Assembly: GCF_002854065.1 (NCBI RefSeq)
Contig: NZ_CP024153.1
Length of the DNA stretch: 64,000 bases
Reading direction: 5' to 3' (one strand)
Source of the DNA: Escherichia coli
GTDB lineage: Bacteria; Pseudomonadota; Gammaproteobacteria; Enterobacterales; Enterobacteriaceae
Shown here: positions 10,738 to 26,076 of the stretch, piece by piece
Numbering within the stretch: the first letter of the stretch is position 1
Layout of the letters: each line of letters opens with the position of its first letter
The notes under the pieces: generated by a model
The model's input: the letters and a program-made list of their open reading frames with translations, nothing else
What the model was told of the DNA's origin: nothing
The model's database searches: none
Position numbers and translations under genes: made by a program

Positions 10738-11172
10738 CTAAGGCATAGCTGACCTTGCCAGGCCTGCTTCGCCCTGTAGTGACGCGATCAACGGGCAGGA
10801 AACATTCCCCTTTCGTGCATGGCAGGCGCACACGAGTTCAGACAGCACGGTTTCCATGCGCGCCAAGTCGGCCATCTTCTCGCGCACGTCCTTGAGCTTG
10901 TGTTCGGCCAGGCTGCTGGCCTCCTCGCAGTGGGTGCCATCGTCGAGCCGCAACAGCTCGGCAATCTCGTCCAGACTGAACCCCAGCCGCTGTGCCGATT
11001 TCACGAATTTCACCCGAACCACGTCCGCCTCCCCATAGCGGCGGATGCTGCCGTAAGGCTTGTCCGGTTCCCGCAACAGGCCCTTGCGCTGATAGAAGCG
11101 GATTGTCTCCACGTTGACCCCGGCCGCCTTGGCAAAAACGCCAATGGTCAGGTTTTCCAAATTATTTTCCAT
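10738..11172 (-). CDS. merR: MerR mercury-responsive regulator
   Basis: 144 aa [33 protein letters not shown]...; divergent from merT. Confidence 0.95.
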
Positions 11173-11177
11173 ATCGC

Positions 11178-11210
11178 TTGACTCCGTACATGAGTACGGA
11201 AGTAAGGTTA
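11178..11210 (+). promoter_or_regulatory. mer operator/promoter (PmerT)
   Basis: -35 ttgact, dyad ccgtacatgagtacgg within a long spacer, -10 taaggt. Confidence 0.9.
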
Positions 11211-11243
11211 CGCTATCCAATCCAAATTCAAAAGGGCCAACGT

Positions 11244-11594
11244 ATGTCTGAACCACAAAACGGGCGCGGTGCGCTCTTCGCCGGCGGGCTGGCCGCCATT
11301 CTTGCATCGACCTGCTGCCTGGGGCCGCTAGTACTGGTCGCCCTGGGCTTCTCCGGTGCTTGGATCGGCAACCTGACGGTGCTGGAACCCTATCGACCGT
11401 TGTTCATCGGCGCGGCGCTAGTGGCGCTGTTCTTCGCCTGGAAGCGGATTTACCGGCCCGTGCAGGCATGCAAGCCAGGTGAGGTCTGCGCGATTCCGCA
11501 GGTGCGCGCCACCTACAAGCTGATTTTCTGGATCGTGGCCGTGCTGGTCCTGGTCGCGCTTGGATTTCCCTATGTCGTTCCATTTTTCTATTAA
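11244..11594 (+). CDS. merT: MerT mercuric ion transporter
   Basis: [29 protein letters not shown]... Confidence 0.95.
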
Positions 11595-11607
11595 CCAGGA
11601 GTTCATC

Positions 11608-11883
11608 ATGAAGAAACTGTTTGCCTCCCTTGCCCTCGCCGCCGCTGTTGCCCCGGTGTGGGCCGCTACCCAGACCGTCACGCTAGCGGTTCCCGGCATG
11701 ACTTGCGCCGCCTGCCCGATCACAGTCAAGAAAGCGCTCTCCAAGGTCGAAGGCGTGAGCAAGGTCGATGTGGGCTTCGAGAAGCGCGAGGCCGTCGTCA
11801 CTTTTGACGACACCAAGGCCAGCGTACAGAAGCTGACCAAGGCCACCGCAGACGCCGGCTATCCGTCCAGCGTCAAGCAGTGA
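11608..11883 (+). CDS. merP: MerP periplasmic Hg(II)-binding protein
   Basis: MKKLFASLALAAAVAPVWA signal peptide, GMTCAACP metal-binding motif. Confidence 0.95.
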   Translation: MKKLFASLALAAAVAPVWAATQTVTLAVPGMTCAACPITVKKALSKVEGVSKVDVGFEKREAVVTFDDTKASVQKLTKATADAGYPSSVKQ

Positions 11884-11918
11884 GCCAGCAAGCCAACGAC
11901 AACAGCGAGAGCCGCTTC

Positions 11919-12341
11919 ATGGGACTGATGACACGCATTGCCGATAAAACCGGCGCGCTCGGCAGCGTCGTTTCCGCGATGGGCTGCGCCGCCTGCTTTC
12001 CAGCCCTCGCCAGCTTCGGCGCGGCCATCGGGCTGGGCTTCTTGAGCCAGTACGAGGGACTGTTCATCAGCCGCCTGCTGCCGCTGTTTGCCGCGCTGGC
12101 CTTCCTGGCGAACGCGCTGGGTTGGTTCAGTCATCGGCAATGGCTGCGCAGTCTGCTCGGCATGATCGGCCCGGCCATCGTGTTTGCGGCCACGGTCTGG
12201 CTGCTCGGCAACTGGTGGACGGCGAACCTGATGTACGTCGGCCTGGCCTTGATGATTGGGGTGTCGATCTGGGACTTCGTGTCGCCGGCGCATCGCCGTT
12301 GCGGACCGGACGGCTGCGAACTCCCCGCCAAGCGCTTGTGA
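11919..12341 (+). CDS. merC: MerC inner-membrane mercury transporter
   Basis: MGLMTRIADKTGALG...; 140 aa from this start (an in-frame ATG at 11880 is an alternative). Confidence 0.85.
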   Translation: MGLMTRIADKTGALGSVVSAMGCAACFPALASFGAAIGLGFLSQYEGLFISRLLPLFAALAFLANALGWFSHRQWLRSLLGMIGPAIVFAATVWLLGNWWTANLMYVGLALMIGVSIWDFVSPAHRRCGPDGCELPAKRL

Positions 12342-15035
<2,694 letters not shown>

Positions 15036-15052
15036 GGACAAGGAGGTGTGCG

Positions 15053-15415
15053 ATGAGCGCCTACACGGTATCGCAACTGGCCCATAACGCTGGGGTGAGC
15101 GTACATATCGTGCGCGACTACCTGGTGCGCGGCTTGTTACGGCCGGTGGCCTGCACCACGGGCGGCTACGGCGTGTTCGACGATGCGGCCTTGCAACGGC
15201 TGTGCTTCGTGCGCGCGGCCTTCGAGGCGGGTATCGGCCTGGATGCCCTGGCGCGGCTGTGCCGTGCGCTCGACGCAGCGGACGGCGCACAAGCCGCAGC
15301 GCAGCTTGCCGTGCTGCGCCAGTTGGTCGAGCGGCGGCGCGCGGCGTTGGCCCATCTGGACGCGCAACTGGCCTCCATGCCAGCCGAGCGGGCGCACGAG
15401 GAGGCATTGCCGTGA
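15053..15415 (+). CDS. merD: MerD co-regulator
   Basis: [29 protein letters not shown]... HTH N-terminus. Confidence 0.9.
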   Translation: MSAYTVSQLAHNAGVSVHIVRDYLVRGLLRPVACTTGGYGVFDDAALQRLCFVRAAFEAGIGLDALARLCRALDAADGAQAAAQLAVLRQLVERRRAALAHLDAQLASMPAERAHEEALP

Positions 15416-15648
15416 ACGCCCCTGACAAACTGCCGCCCGAGACGCGCCAACCCGTTTCCGGCTACCTGTGGGGTGCGCTGGCCGTGTTGACCTGCCCCTG
15501 CCATCTGCCGATTCTCGCCGCCGTGCTGGCCGGGACGACCGCCGGTGCCTTCCTTGGCGAGCATTGGGGTGTTGCCGCGCTCGCGCTGACCGGCTTGTTC
15601 GTTCTGGCCGTAACGCGGCTGCTGCGCGCCTTCCGGGGCGGATCATGA
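15412..15648 (+). CDS. merE: MerE (GTG start)
   Basis: (V)[34 protein letters not shown]...; 78 aa. Confidence 0.8.
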   Translation: MNAPDKLPPETRQPVSGYLWGALAVLTCPCHLPILAAVLAGTTAGAFLGEHWGVAALALTGLFVLAVTRLLRAFRGGS

Positions 15649-16352
15649 CGAGTTCGCAGCCCGCCGGATGGACGGCGGCCGAGTTGGCGCAGGCGGCGGC
15701 GCGCGGACAGCTTGACCTGCATTACCAGCCGCTGGTCGATCTGCGCGATCACCGGATCGCTGGCGCGGAAGCGTTGATGCGCTGGCGGCATCCGAGGCTT
15801 GGCCTGTTGCCGCCCGGCCAGTTCCTGCCGCTGGCCGAGTCGTTCGGCCTGATGCCGGAAATAGGCGCGTGGGTGCTGGGCGAGGCCTGTCGCCAGATGC
15901 ACAAGTGGCAAGGACCGGCATGGCAACCGTTCCGTCTTGCCATCAATGTGTCCGCCAGCCAGGTTGGGCCAACGTTCGACGACGAGGTAAAGCGGGTGCT
16001 GGCCGATATGGCCCTGCCCGCCGAGCTTCTGGAGATCGAACTGACCGAATCGGTCGCATTCGGCAATCCAGCCCTGTTCGCCAGTTTCGACGCCTTGCGC
16101 GCCATCGGCGTGCGCTTCGCCGCCGACGACTTCGGCACCGGCTATTCCTGCCTGCAACATCTGAAATGCTGCCCCATCACCACATTGAAAATCGACCAAT
16201 CCTTTGTCGCCAGGCTCCCGGATGATGCCCGTGACCAAACTATCGTGCGGGCGGTGATCCAGCTCGCGCACGGGCTGGGCATGGATGTCATTTTCAGAAG
16301 ACGACTGCACCAGTTGATTGGGCGTAATGGCTGTTGTGCAGCCAGCTCCTGA
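15645..16352 (+). CDS. urf2: urf2M-type EAL-domain protein of Tn21
   Basis: MTSSQPAGW... EAL-domain motifs; C-terminus encoded by the IRt end of the tni module. Confidence 0.75.
   Translation: MTSSQPAGWTAAELAQAAARGQLDLHYQPLVDLRDHRIAGAEALMRWRHPRLGLLPPGQFLPLAESFGLMPEIGAWVLGEACRQMHKWQGPAWQPFRLAINVSASQVGPTFDDEVKRVLADMALPAELLEIELTESVAFGNPALFASFDALRAIGVRFAADDFGTGYSCLQHLKCCPITTLKIDQSFVARLPDDARDQTIVRAVIQLAHGLGMDVIFRRRLHQLIGRNGCCAASS
16293..16317. repeat. IRt of the Tn402-type tni module (In2 end)
   Basis: tgtcattttcagaagacgactgcac 25-bp IR immediately before tniA. Confidence 0.75.
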
Positions 16353-16426
16353 CAGTTCAATATCAGAAGTGATCTGCACCAATCTCGACTATGCTCAATA
16401 CTCGTGTGCACCAAAGCGAGGTGAGC

Positions 16427-17678
16427 ATGGCGACGGACACCCCACGGATTCCAGAACAAGGCGTGGCCACTCTGCCTGATGAGGCTTGGGAGCGTGCGCG
16501 CCGTCGTGCGGAGATCATCAGTCCGTTGGCGCAGTCGGAGACGGTCGGGCACGAAGCGGCCGATATGGCGGCTCAGGCGCTGGGCTTGTCTCGGCGCCAG
16601 GTATACGTTCTGATCCGGCGTGCCCGGCAAGGCAGCGGCCTCGTGACGGATCTGGTGCCCGGCCAGTCCGGTGGAGGTAAAGGTAAGGGGCGCTTGCCGG
16701 AACCGGTCGAGCGCGTCATCCACGAGCTACTGCAAAAGCGGTTCCTGACCAAGCAGAAGCGCAGCCTAGCGGCCTTTCACCGCGAAGTCACTCAGGTGTG
16801 CAAGGCTCAAAAACTGCGAGTGCCGGCGCGCAATACCGTGGCCTTACGGATCGCTAGCCTTGACCCGCGCAAGGTCATCCGCCGGCGGGAAGGCCAGGAT
16901 GCCGCTCGTGACCTACAAGGTGTGGGCGGCGAGCCTCCTGCCGTGACCGCGCCGCTGGAGCAGGTGCAGATAGACCATACGGTCATCGACCTGATCGTGG
17001 TCGATGACCGCGACCGGCAACCTATTGGCCGCCCGTACCTGACCCTCGCCATCGACGTGTTCACCCGCTGCGTGCTCGGCATGGTCGTCACGCTGGAAGC
17101 GCCGTCTGCCGTTTCGGTTGGCCTGTGCCTCGTGCATGTCGCCTGCGACAAGCGCCCTTGGCTGGAAGGACTGAACGTGGAAATGGATTGGCAGATGAGC
17201 GGCAAGCCCTTGCTGCTCTACCTAGACAACGCGGCCGAGTTCAAGAGCGAGGCCCTGCGCCGGGGTTGCGAGCAGCATGGCATCCGGCTGGACTATCGCC
17301 CGCTGGGACAGCCGCACTATGGCGGCATCGTGGAACGGATCATCGGCACGGCGATGCAGATGATTCACGACGAACTGCCGGGAACGACCTTCTCCAACCC
17401 TGACCAGCGCGGCGACTACGATTCCGAAAACAAGGCCGCCCTGACGCTGCGCGAGCTAGAGCGCTGGCTCACATTGGCGGTCGGCACCTACCACGGTTCG
17501 GTGCACAACGGCCTGCTCCAACCGCCGGCCGCGCGCTGGGCCGAGGCCGTGGCGCGTGTCGGCGTACCGGCCGTCGTCACACGCGCTACTTCGTTCCTGG
17601 TCGATTTTCTGCCGATCCTCCGGCGCACGCTGACCCGCACCGGCTTTGTCATCGACCACATCCACTACTACGCCGATG
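16427..17678 (+). pseudogene. tniA: tniA (Tn402 transposase) truncated at 3' end by IS26
   Basis: MATDTPRIPEQGVATLPDEAWERARRRAEII...; ends ...HIHYYAD at the IS26 left IR. Confidence 0.9.
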
Positions 17679-18498
17679 GGCACTGTTGCAAATAGTCGGT
17701 GGTGATAAACTTATCATCCCCTTTTGCTGATGGAGCTGCACATGAACCCATTCAAAGGCCGGCATTTTCAGCGTGACATCATTCTGTGGGCCGTACGCTG
17801 GTACTGCAAATACGGCATCAGTTACCGTGAGCTGCAGGAGATGCTGGCTGAACGCGGAGTGAATGTCGATCACTCCACGATTTACCGCTGGGTTCAGCGT
17901 TATGCGCCTGAAATGGAAAAACGGCTGCGCTGGTACTGGCGTAACCCTTCCGATCTTTGCCCGTGGCACATGGATGAAACCTACGTGAAGGTCAATGGCC
18001 GCTGGGCGTATCTGTACCGGGCCGTCGACAGCCGGGGCCGCACTGTCGATTTTTATCTCTCCTCCCGTCGTAACAGCAAAGCTGCATACCGGTTTCTGGG
18101 TAAAATCCTCAACAACGTGAAGAAGTGGCAGATCCCGCGATTCATCAACACGGATAAAGCGCCCGCCTATGGTCGCGCGCTTGCTCTGCTCAAACGCGAA
18201 GGCCGGTGCCCGTCTGACGTTGAACACCGACAGATTAAGTACCGGAACAACGTGATTGAATGCGATCATGGCAAACTGAAACGGATAATCGGCGCCACGC
18301 TGGGATTTAAATCCATGAAGACGGCTTACGCCACCATCAAAGGTATTGAGGTGATGCGTGCACTACGCAAAGGCCAGGCCTCAGCATTTTATTATGGTGA
18401 TCCCCTGGGCGAAATGCGCCTGGTAAGCAGAGTTTTTGAAATGTAAGGCCTTTGAATAAGACAAAAGGCTGCCTCATCGCTAACTTTGCAACAGTGCC
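17679..18498 (+). mobile_element. IS26 copy A
   Basis: 820 bp, 14-bp IRs ggcactgttgcaaa; tnp26 17742-18446 (234 aa, G at residue 184). Confidence 0.95.
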
Positions 18499-18758
18499 CA
18501 TTTATGAATGTTCCTGTTATGGCTTATGTTCAAGAAAGCATTGCCCCTGAAATGATGGGCAAGGTGTTTTCCCTTTTGATGACCGCCATGACTCTTTCTA
18601 TGCCGATAGGCTTACTTGTTGCAGGTCCGGTTGTTGAGGTTATAGGTGTTAATACATGGTTTTTCTGGTCTGGTGTTGCGTTGATAGTAAACGCTGTTCT
18701 CTGCCGCATTCTGACACGACGCTATGACAAAGTAACAATGAAACCGCAAGTGGACTGA
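18499..18758 (+). pseudogene. MFS efflux gene 3' fragment (about 260 bp), consistent with the mef(B) remnant seen in sul3 contexts
   Basis: C-terminal about 86 codons of an MFS transporter in frame from the IS26 boundary to a stop. Confidence 0.55.
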
Positions 18759-18903
18759 AAAAAGGACCGGGTTGATGATAATTTGTAGTGGTGAGCTTCT
18801 GGGAGTACAAAACAAAGTGCTCAAAATTGTCGGGCTCATGGCGTTTAACGGTATTAATTTCGCTTATAATAATCTTTCTATAATAGCCTAAAGGAGAATA
18901 TCT

Positions 18904-19767
18904 ATGATACCTAATAGCGAAAATAAAAGAGTATGGTTTATTACCGGAGCAAGCAAGGGGCTTGGCTATGCTTTTACATGCGCCGCCTTGAAAGCCGGGG
19001 ATAAAGTTGTTGCAGTTGCAAGGACTATCGATAATTTGGCGAAGCTAGAAGAAACATATCAAGAGAGCTTACTGCCATTAAACCTCGATGTTACAGATAG
19101 GGAGGCTGTTTTTTCTACGGTTGAAACAGCAGTTAAACATTTCGGTAGGCTTGATATTGTTGTTAATAATGCGGGTATCATGACTATGGGTATGATTGAA
19201 GAACTAAACGAATCCGATGCTCGGAAACTAATGGACACAAACTTTTTTGGAGCTCTTTGGGTTTGTCAGGCAGTGATGCCCTATTTGAGGTCGCAGCGTT
19301 CTGGACATATCATACAGATTACAAGCATTGGCGCTATTATCTCGGGTCCGATGTCTGGTATTTACAGTGCAAGTAAATTTGCGCTGGAAGGAATGAGTGA
19401 AGCCTTAGCAAAAGAAGCGGAACATTTCGGAGTGAAACTCACTATGGTGGAACCAGGAGGATATTGGACAGATTTATACACTTCGATGAGTTACAGCAAT
19501 CCATTAGATTCATACGGTACACTGCGCGATGAGCTGGCGAAACAGTATTCCGAAGATTCGGTCGATAGTGATCCTTCCTTGGCAGCGGAAGCCCTTATGA
19601 AATTAGTAGCCAGCAATAATCCGCCTTTGAGGCTTATCCTTGGCAGCATGGTATACGATTTGGCGATGGATACCTTAAAAGCACGGATGGCTACCTGGGA
19701 AGAATGGGAAGCTGTTAGCCGTGCATCAGAAAAGGCTATTCCTGCACCGGAGAGATATGGAGTATAA
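18904..19767 (+). CDS. Short-chain dehydrogenase/reductase (SDR) family protein
   Basis: TGASKGLGYA glycine-rich NAD(P)-binding motif, NNAG, S...YSASK catalytic motif; low GC. Confidence 0.75.
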   Translation: MIPNSENKRVWFITGASKGLGYAFTCAALKAGDKVVAVARTIDNLAKLEETYQESLLPLNLDVTDREAVFSTVETAVKHFGRLDIVVNNAGIMTMGMIEELNESDARKLMDTNFFGALWVCQAVMPYLRSQRSGHIIQITSIGAIISGPMSGIYSASKFALEGMSEALAKEAEHFGVKLTMVEPGGYWTDLYTSMSYSNPLDSYGTLRDELAKQYSEDSVDSDPSLAAEALMKLVASNNPPLRLILGSMVYDLAMDTLKARMATWEEWEAVSRASEKAIPAPERYGV

Positions 19768-19804
19768 TACCAAACATGGTTTTTGAGGCAAGGACGAAAC
19801 TATC

Positions 19805-20050
19805 ATGAAAATTGAAATTATGGAATATAACCCGGATTGGACAAAGAATTTTGAAGAAGAGAAAATAAAATTGCTCCATTTTTTCGGTTCTCATGCCGTA
19901 GCCATTGAACATATCGGAAGCACGGCGATACCCAATCAACGGGCGAAACCGGTTATAGATATATTTATTGGCGTTTCGCCTTTTGCTGAACTACCTTTTA
20001 TCAGCGCATTTTTAATGCAAAGGAGTATCACCACACTCCGACAGATATGA
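19805..20050 (+). CDS. GrpB-like protein fragment
   Basis: 81-aa ORF ...HIGSTAIPNQRAKPVIDI...; shorter than typical GrpB, probably truncated. Confidence 0.4.
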   Translation: MKIEIMEYNPDWTKNFEEEKIKLLHFFGSHAVAIEHIGSTAIPNQRAKPVIDIFIGVSPFAELPFISAFLMQRSITTLRQI

Positions 20051-20518
20051 CAGGCAGATATTTGTTTGCAAAATATACAAATGAAGTTTGGACCCATAAT
20101 CTTCTTGCTTTGGTGTAGGTATAATACCCAAAAACGAAGTTTATGCGGAACAGGATAACACCTCGAAATCGGAGTTTATATGGCTTCGTGGGGGAGTTAT
20201 GTGTTTGAGCTTTGTCGCATTAACGCGAATCAGGGGTTGACGGCAGAAATAGACTGGAATTACACTTCTTGGAGTCGGCGTTGCCGGAAAATTCTGATTG
20301 GATTAGTTGTTCGGGGTGCGAAAACAGTCGTAGTTCGGGGAAAAAACCGAATTTTGACCCAAAACCGCGAAAAACTCGAAATGACAGTTCCTATCAGTTT
20401 TCATAATGAATTAAAACAAAAAAATTAGGCTGCAAAGATAGGGAAAATGTGTCAATTTGCGTAAGTGATAATTAGTCAATTAAGATAAATGCTACTTTTG
20501 TAATCAAAGCAAAATGAT

Positions 20519-21310
20519 ATGAGCAAGATTTTTGGAATCGTAAATATAACCACCGATAGTTTTTCCGATGGAGGACTTTATTTAGATACAGATAAGGCAA
20601 TTGAGCATGCTCTGCATTTGGTTGAAGATGGAGCAGATGTGATTGATTTGGGAGCCGCTTCCAGTAATCCTGATACAACTGAAGTGGGCGTTGTGGAAGA
20701 AATCAAAAGACTCAAACCTGTCATTAAGGCTTTAAAAGAAAAAGGCATTTCTATTTCTGTTGATACATTTAAACCTGAGGTTCAGAGTTTTTGCATAGAA
20801 CAAAAGGTTGATTTTATTAATGATATTCAAGGTTTTCCTTATCCTGAGATTTATTCAGGCTTGGCAAAGTCAGATTGCAAACTTGTGTTGATGCACTCCG
20901 TTCAGCGAATTGGTGCAGCTACTAAAGTTGAAACGAATCCGGAAGAGGTTTTTACTTCCATGATGGAATTTTTTAAAGAAAGAATTGCTGCTTTAGTTGA
21001 GGCTGGTGTAAAGCGTGAACGAATTATTCTTGATCCGGGTATGGGCTTCTTTTTAGGCTCTAATCCAGAAACATCTATTCTTGTTTTGAAGCGTTTCCCT
21101 GAAATTCAAGAAGCTTTTAATTTGCAAGTAATGATTGCAGTGTCACGGAAATCATTCTTAGGTAAAATAACTGGAACCGATGTGAAATCTCGTTTAGCAC
21201 CAACTCTTGCAGCAGAAATGTATGCATACAAAAAAGGTGCAGATTATCTCCGCACCCATGATGTTAAGTCTTTATCAGATGCCTTGAAAATATCCAAAGC
21301 CCTAGGTTAG
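20519..21310 (+). CDS. sul3: Sul3 sulfonamide-resistant dihydropteroate synthase
   Basis: 263 aa MSKIFGIVNITTDSFSDGGLYLDTDKAIEHALHLVEDGADVIDLG... matches Sul3 as recalled. Confidence 0.9.
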   Translation: MSKIFGIVNITTDSFSDGGLYLDTDKAIEHALHLVEDGADVIDLGAASSNPDTTEVGVVEEIKRLKPVIKALKEKGISISVDTFKPEVQSFCIEQKVDFINDIQGFPYPEIYSGLAKSDCKLVLMHSVQRIGAATKVETNPEEVFTSMMEFFKERIAALVEAGVKRERIILDPGMGFFLGSNPETSILVLKRFPEIQEAFNLQVMIAVSRKSFLGKITGTDVKSRLAPTLAAEMYAYKKGADYLRTHDVKSLSDALKISKALG

Positions 21311-21599
21311 TTTTATTTTTTTAGCTTTCTAAATGAATATGCTATACTTGCTCTGAAGTTGTGTTGGCGTACTTGACTTAGGTCTGGATCTTTCGAACTG
21401 TTACTAAGAGGGTAATCATAGCCAAACATAAACTGGAAATGTCCTAATTCTAAACCTGTTCCAATACCTACACTATAATCAAGAGGACTTAAACTTCCAT
21501 CACTTCCAAAAGGTTTTGTGTACTTCTCTTGAGTTTTCGTAGCTAAATAGTAGTGTTTGTTGGTAAATCCAAATAATCCAATATTCAATCTTGCGACCG

Positions 21600-22243
21600 G
21601 GAAAGTCCTCTTGAAAGTACCACAAGTTCGCGGGATGGAGTTTTATCCCAGCTGCATCGAGAAAGGCATGCGCAGTGAGCGTGCTCTCAAGCTCGCCATC
21701 GCCGAAATGTATGTCAAAGGAGTAAGTACCCGCAGGGTCTCGGATATCGTCGAAATTCTTTGTGGCACCGAAGTCAGCTCGTCCCAGGTCAGCAGGCTGG
21801 CAAAGGAGCTCGATGAAGAGATTACGTCTTGGAAGGCGCAGCCTGTCGGACAGATTCAATACTTGGTACTTGATGCGACCTATGAATCGGTTCGCGTCGG
21901 TTCCCATGTGGTCAAGCAGGCGCTTCTAGTGGCTATTGGCGTTGATTACAGCGGGAATCGGCATATTCTTGACGCCGAAGTCGCGAACAGTGAGGCAGAG
22001 GTAAACTGGCGTTCCTTTCTCGAGGGTCTCGTACGACGAGGGATGCACGGCCTGCGAATGATCACCAGTGATGACCACTCAGGACTGCGCGCGGCAATCG
22101 ATGCTGTCTTCCCTGGAATTCTGTGGCAACGCTGCCAGTTTCATCTGCAGCAGAATGCCCACTCCTACGTCACGAAAAAAGATGAGATCCCGCTGATAGC
22201 CGCTGATATTCGGAAGGTGTTCAATCGGAATATGTCAAGATAG
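21600..22243 (+). pseudogene. IS256-family transposase internal fragment (IS440-like, as found next to sul3)
   Basis: ...MYVKGVSTRRVSDIVEILCGTEVSSSQVSRL...DATYESVR... mutator-type Tnp core; both termini missing. Confidence 0.7.
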
Positions 22244-22645
22244 TTTATGCCAGATTTTTGAGAGGTTTGCATCAAGCAGCCTTCGAAAGAGGACGGCATG
22301 ACATTGAGACCGGCAAGGCGTCGTAGATACGCACTTTCCCAGTACGCCACCGTAAGGGGTTTTTCTCTTTGGCAGCAAGAATGGTTTGGTTTCTTTTTTC
22401 CTCGGCGCCGTAGGCGTCCGACTAACAATTTATTGTACGGAATCTATCCGTGATTTTGGGGTGGATCGGGTCGTCATAGTCTGGTGTGAGACTATGTACC
22501 GGAAGCTTGAAAATCCCGGATAAAGCCCGCTTTGGCAATGTTTTTGTACCGCATAGATTATGCAAAAATGCGGAAAGTTTCTTCATAGTCAGCAATGGGA
22601 CTTGCTCGTGTATATACTGTTTATATATACATGTGGAGGTGACTC

Positions 22646-23617
22646 ATGCGCAAGCCTCATTCGCCGTTTTTGGCAAGCATCTATGAGCAGATGTTGATGC
22701 TGCGTTACGCGATGGCAACCGTTGAAGCCTATCTGCACTGGATCAAGGCATTTATCCGTTTTTCCCGGATGAAGCATCCGGTCGAGCTGGGTGAGGCGGA
22801 GGTTCAGCAATTTTTGTCCTATCTGGTCACCGAGCGCCATGTGGCTGTCAAGACTCAGGCCCAGGCGTTGAATGCGCTGGTCTTCTTGTATCGCACTGTC
22901 TTGTTACGGCCTCTGCAGCTCGAGATGAAATTTACGCGCAGCCAGCGCCCTCCCAAACTGCCAACTGTTTTGACGCAAAGTGAAGTCCGAGCCTTGTTGC
23001 TGGCTATGCCAGTTCATCTTCGTCTCTTGGCGCAACTGATGTATGGCAGCGGACTCAGGCTGATGGAGGTGATGCGCCTGTGCGTGCAGGATATCGACTT
23101 CAACTACCTCTGCCTGATGGTCTGGAATGGCAAAGGGGGCAAGCACAGGCGTGTGACTCTGGCCTCGGAACTCATTCCGGCCCTGCGGGAGCAAATTGCC
23201 TACGTCCAGCGCTTTTATATGACGGACTGCTTAAACGACGCGTATGCCGGGGTGGCCTTGCCGACGGCATTGGCGCGCAAGTATCCGGCTGCCAGCAAAG
23301 AGCTGGGTTGGCACTACCTGTTTCCGGCATCCCATCTGAGTCGCGATCCTGTCGATGGGGCCTTGCGTCGACATCATCTGGATCCAACTACCCTGCAAAA
23401 AGCGGTTCGAGCCACGGCGCGTCAGCTACAGCTGGGAAAACCGGTCACCTGTCATACCTTGCGCCATTCCTTTGCCACCCATTTGCTGGCGCGGGGGGCG
23501 GATATTCGAACCGTGCAGGAGCAACTGGGCCATTCTGATGTTCGAACCACACAAATTTATACCCATGTGCTGCAAAACGGCGCCAATGGGGTACGTAGCC
23601 CTTTGTCTGATCTGTAA
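22646..23617 (+). CDS. Integron-integrase-like tyrosine recombinase, not class 1
   Basis: 323 aa; YLHWIKAFIRF, integron-specific insert (ALARKYP...W.YLFP...DP...RRHH), HTLRHSFATHLL, DIRTVQEQLGHSDVRTTQIYTHV; RBS ggaggtgactc before ATG; clearly divergent from IntI1 copies at 42087 and 44137. Confidence 0.75.
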   Translation: MRKPHSPFLASIYEQMLMLRYAMATVEAYLHWIKAFIRFSRMKHPVELGEAEVQQFLSYLVTERHVAVKTQAQALNALVFLYRTVLLRPLQLEMKFTRSQRPPKLPTVLTQSEVRALLLAMPVHLRLLAQLMYGSGLRLMEVMRLCVQDIDFNYLCLMVWNGKGGKHRRVTLASELIPALREQIAYVQRFYMTDCLNDAYAGVALPTALARKYPAASKELGWHYLFPASHLSRDPVDGALRRHHLDPTTLQKAVRATARQLQLGKPVTCHTLRHSFATHLLARGADIRTVQEQLGHSDVRTTQIYTHVLQNGANGVRSPLSDL

Positions 23618-23845
23618 TGGTTGGGGGGCGGGACGCTCGGTTTTTCAGAACGAGTGGCCTGACGCAGGCACGCTACCGCCCTTAGGTTACAGCTCCTAGA
23701 GGCTGACATCCGTTTCAGGTGGTGGCTTGTTACCCGGGCCATTTTCATCCTGATGGCCTGTTCTTTTCGTCAAACTATGCTACGGATTTCAGTTTCATAT
23801 GGAAATAAATAATCGACGGGATTTGCAAAAATGTGCGATAGACAG

Positions 23846-25041
<1,196 letters not shown>

Positions 25042-26076
25042 CTAAATCGTCGTGCCACTTACGCCAGTCTTTATTGAGCTTATCTTTTTTACCGCCTTCT
25101 TCGGCTTTTACAGGTGCCTGGTCGACGTTCATCACCACTTCAACGGCATCAAAGCCGAGTTTGTCACCCAACAAGTAGTACATCTGCACGCAGGCATCGC
25201 GGTCGTACACCACTACCATGCCTTTCATTGTCGCCCTGGAGGTGCGAGAGCAGGCTATACAGCAGGCGATCGAGGCCGCGCTAGCGCACCAGCCAGTTGA
25301 TCCCCCCCGCCCCAAGAGCTGGCGCGTGCTGCGCCCGCTCCGGCCACGCCTGAACCGCCCCGCCTTCGGCGGAGCCGTTAGGGCGCGGCACCAAATGGGC
25401 TGAAATGCGGCGTTCGGGTATCAAAACGAACGAACCAGGAGAGGCGGATTTTAGCCACTAAAATCCGCCAGAAAACGTCGCGAACTTTCAGGGCTTTTGG
25501 GGGGCATTTGGCAGGGTTTCGCATGCGAAAATCGACGTTTCGTGGTGATCTGGGGAGGAAGAGGGTTTTGCGCATGCGCAAAAGTGCCTATTTAACATAT
25601 TGCCTGTATGACGCAGTAGGAATATGCAAAAAATGCATATACGAAACCGCATGAGGATTTTTATGGTGATGTTGTCTAAATTGGACGCTGATGCCGCTAG
25701 CAATATACGAGATCAGCATGACTACGAACGAGCGCTGGCGTTAATTGATGAACTGTTCGACTGGTATCGCTCGTTGGGAGGATCGTTCGCCGGAATTCGA
25801 CGAATTCAACAAAATGGTGCGAAACATAGAGACCCAGGAGAAGTCACCATGAAAATTTTGGGTGGGTTCTGCATCTAGGGTTGTAGATGGTGCCATTGTG
25901 TTGTTCCGCGAGCCCCTTGTTCCCAGAACTCAAAAAATGGGAGCGAGCGAATATCAGAGACTCGGGCGCAGCGGATGTCACCCTCTATCACAATTGGTAA
26001 TCCAAAAAGTGTTTTTCCTCGCCAAACTATTCAATCCACTCCTTCGTTTCGCCCTGCTATGGCAATCCCTATGGGT

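Larger units (their letters stand above)
9378..10742 (+). repeat. Tn21 IRmer (38 bp) split by IS5075
   Basis: gggggcacctcagaaaacggaa (9378-9399) ... IS ... aataaagcacgctaag (10727-10742). Confidence 0.85.

Noticed and set aside
15462-16382. 306-aa minus-strand ORF overlapping merE/urf2
   Set aside because: Antisense to conserved Tn21 genes in high-GC DNA; no RBS or recognisable domain.
17649-18269. 200-260 aa ORFs antisense to tnp26 in every IS26 copy
   Set aside because: Well-known antisense open frame of IS26; fusions to flanking sequence vary by copy, so they are not conserved genes.
21313-21588. 91-aa minus-strand ORF resembling a C-terminal outer-membrane beta-barrel fragment
   Set aside because: Short, overlaps the IS256-family transposase fragment, no start context; likely a fortuitous frame or a remnant too small to call.
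25624-25878. 84-aa ORF with a HigA-like stretch (DYERALALIDELFD)
   Set aside because: Similarity is limited to one short segment and no HTH follows in frame; insufficient for an antitoxin call.
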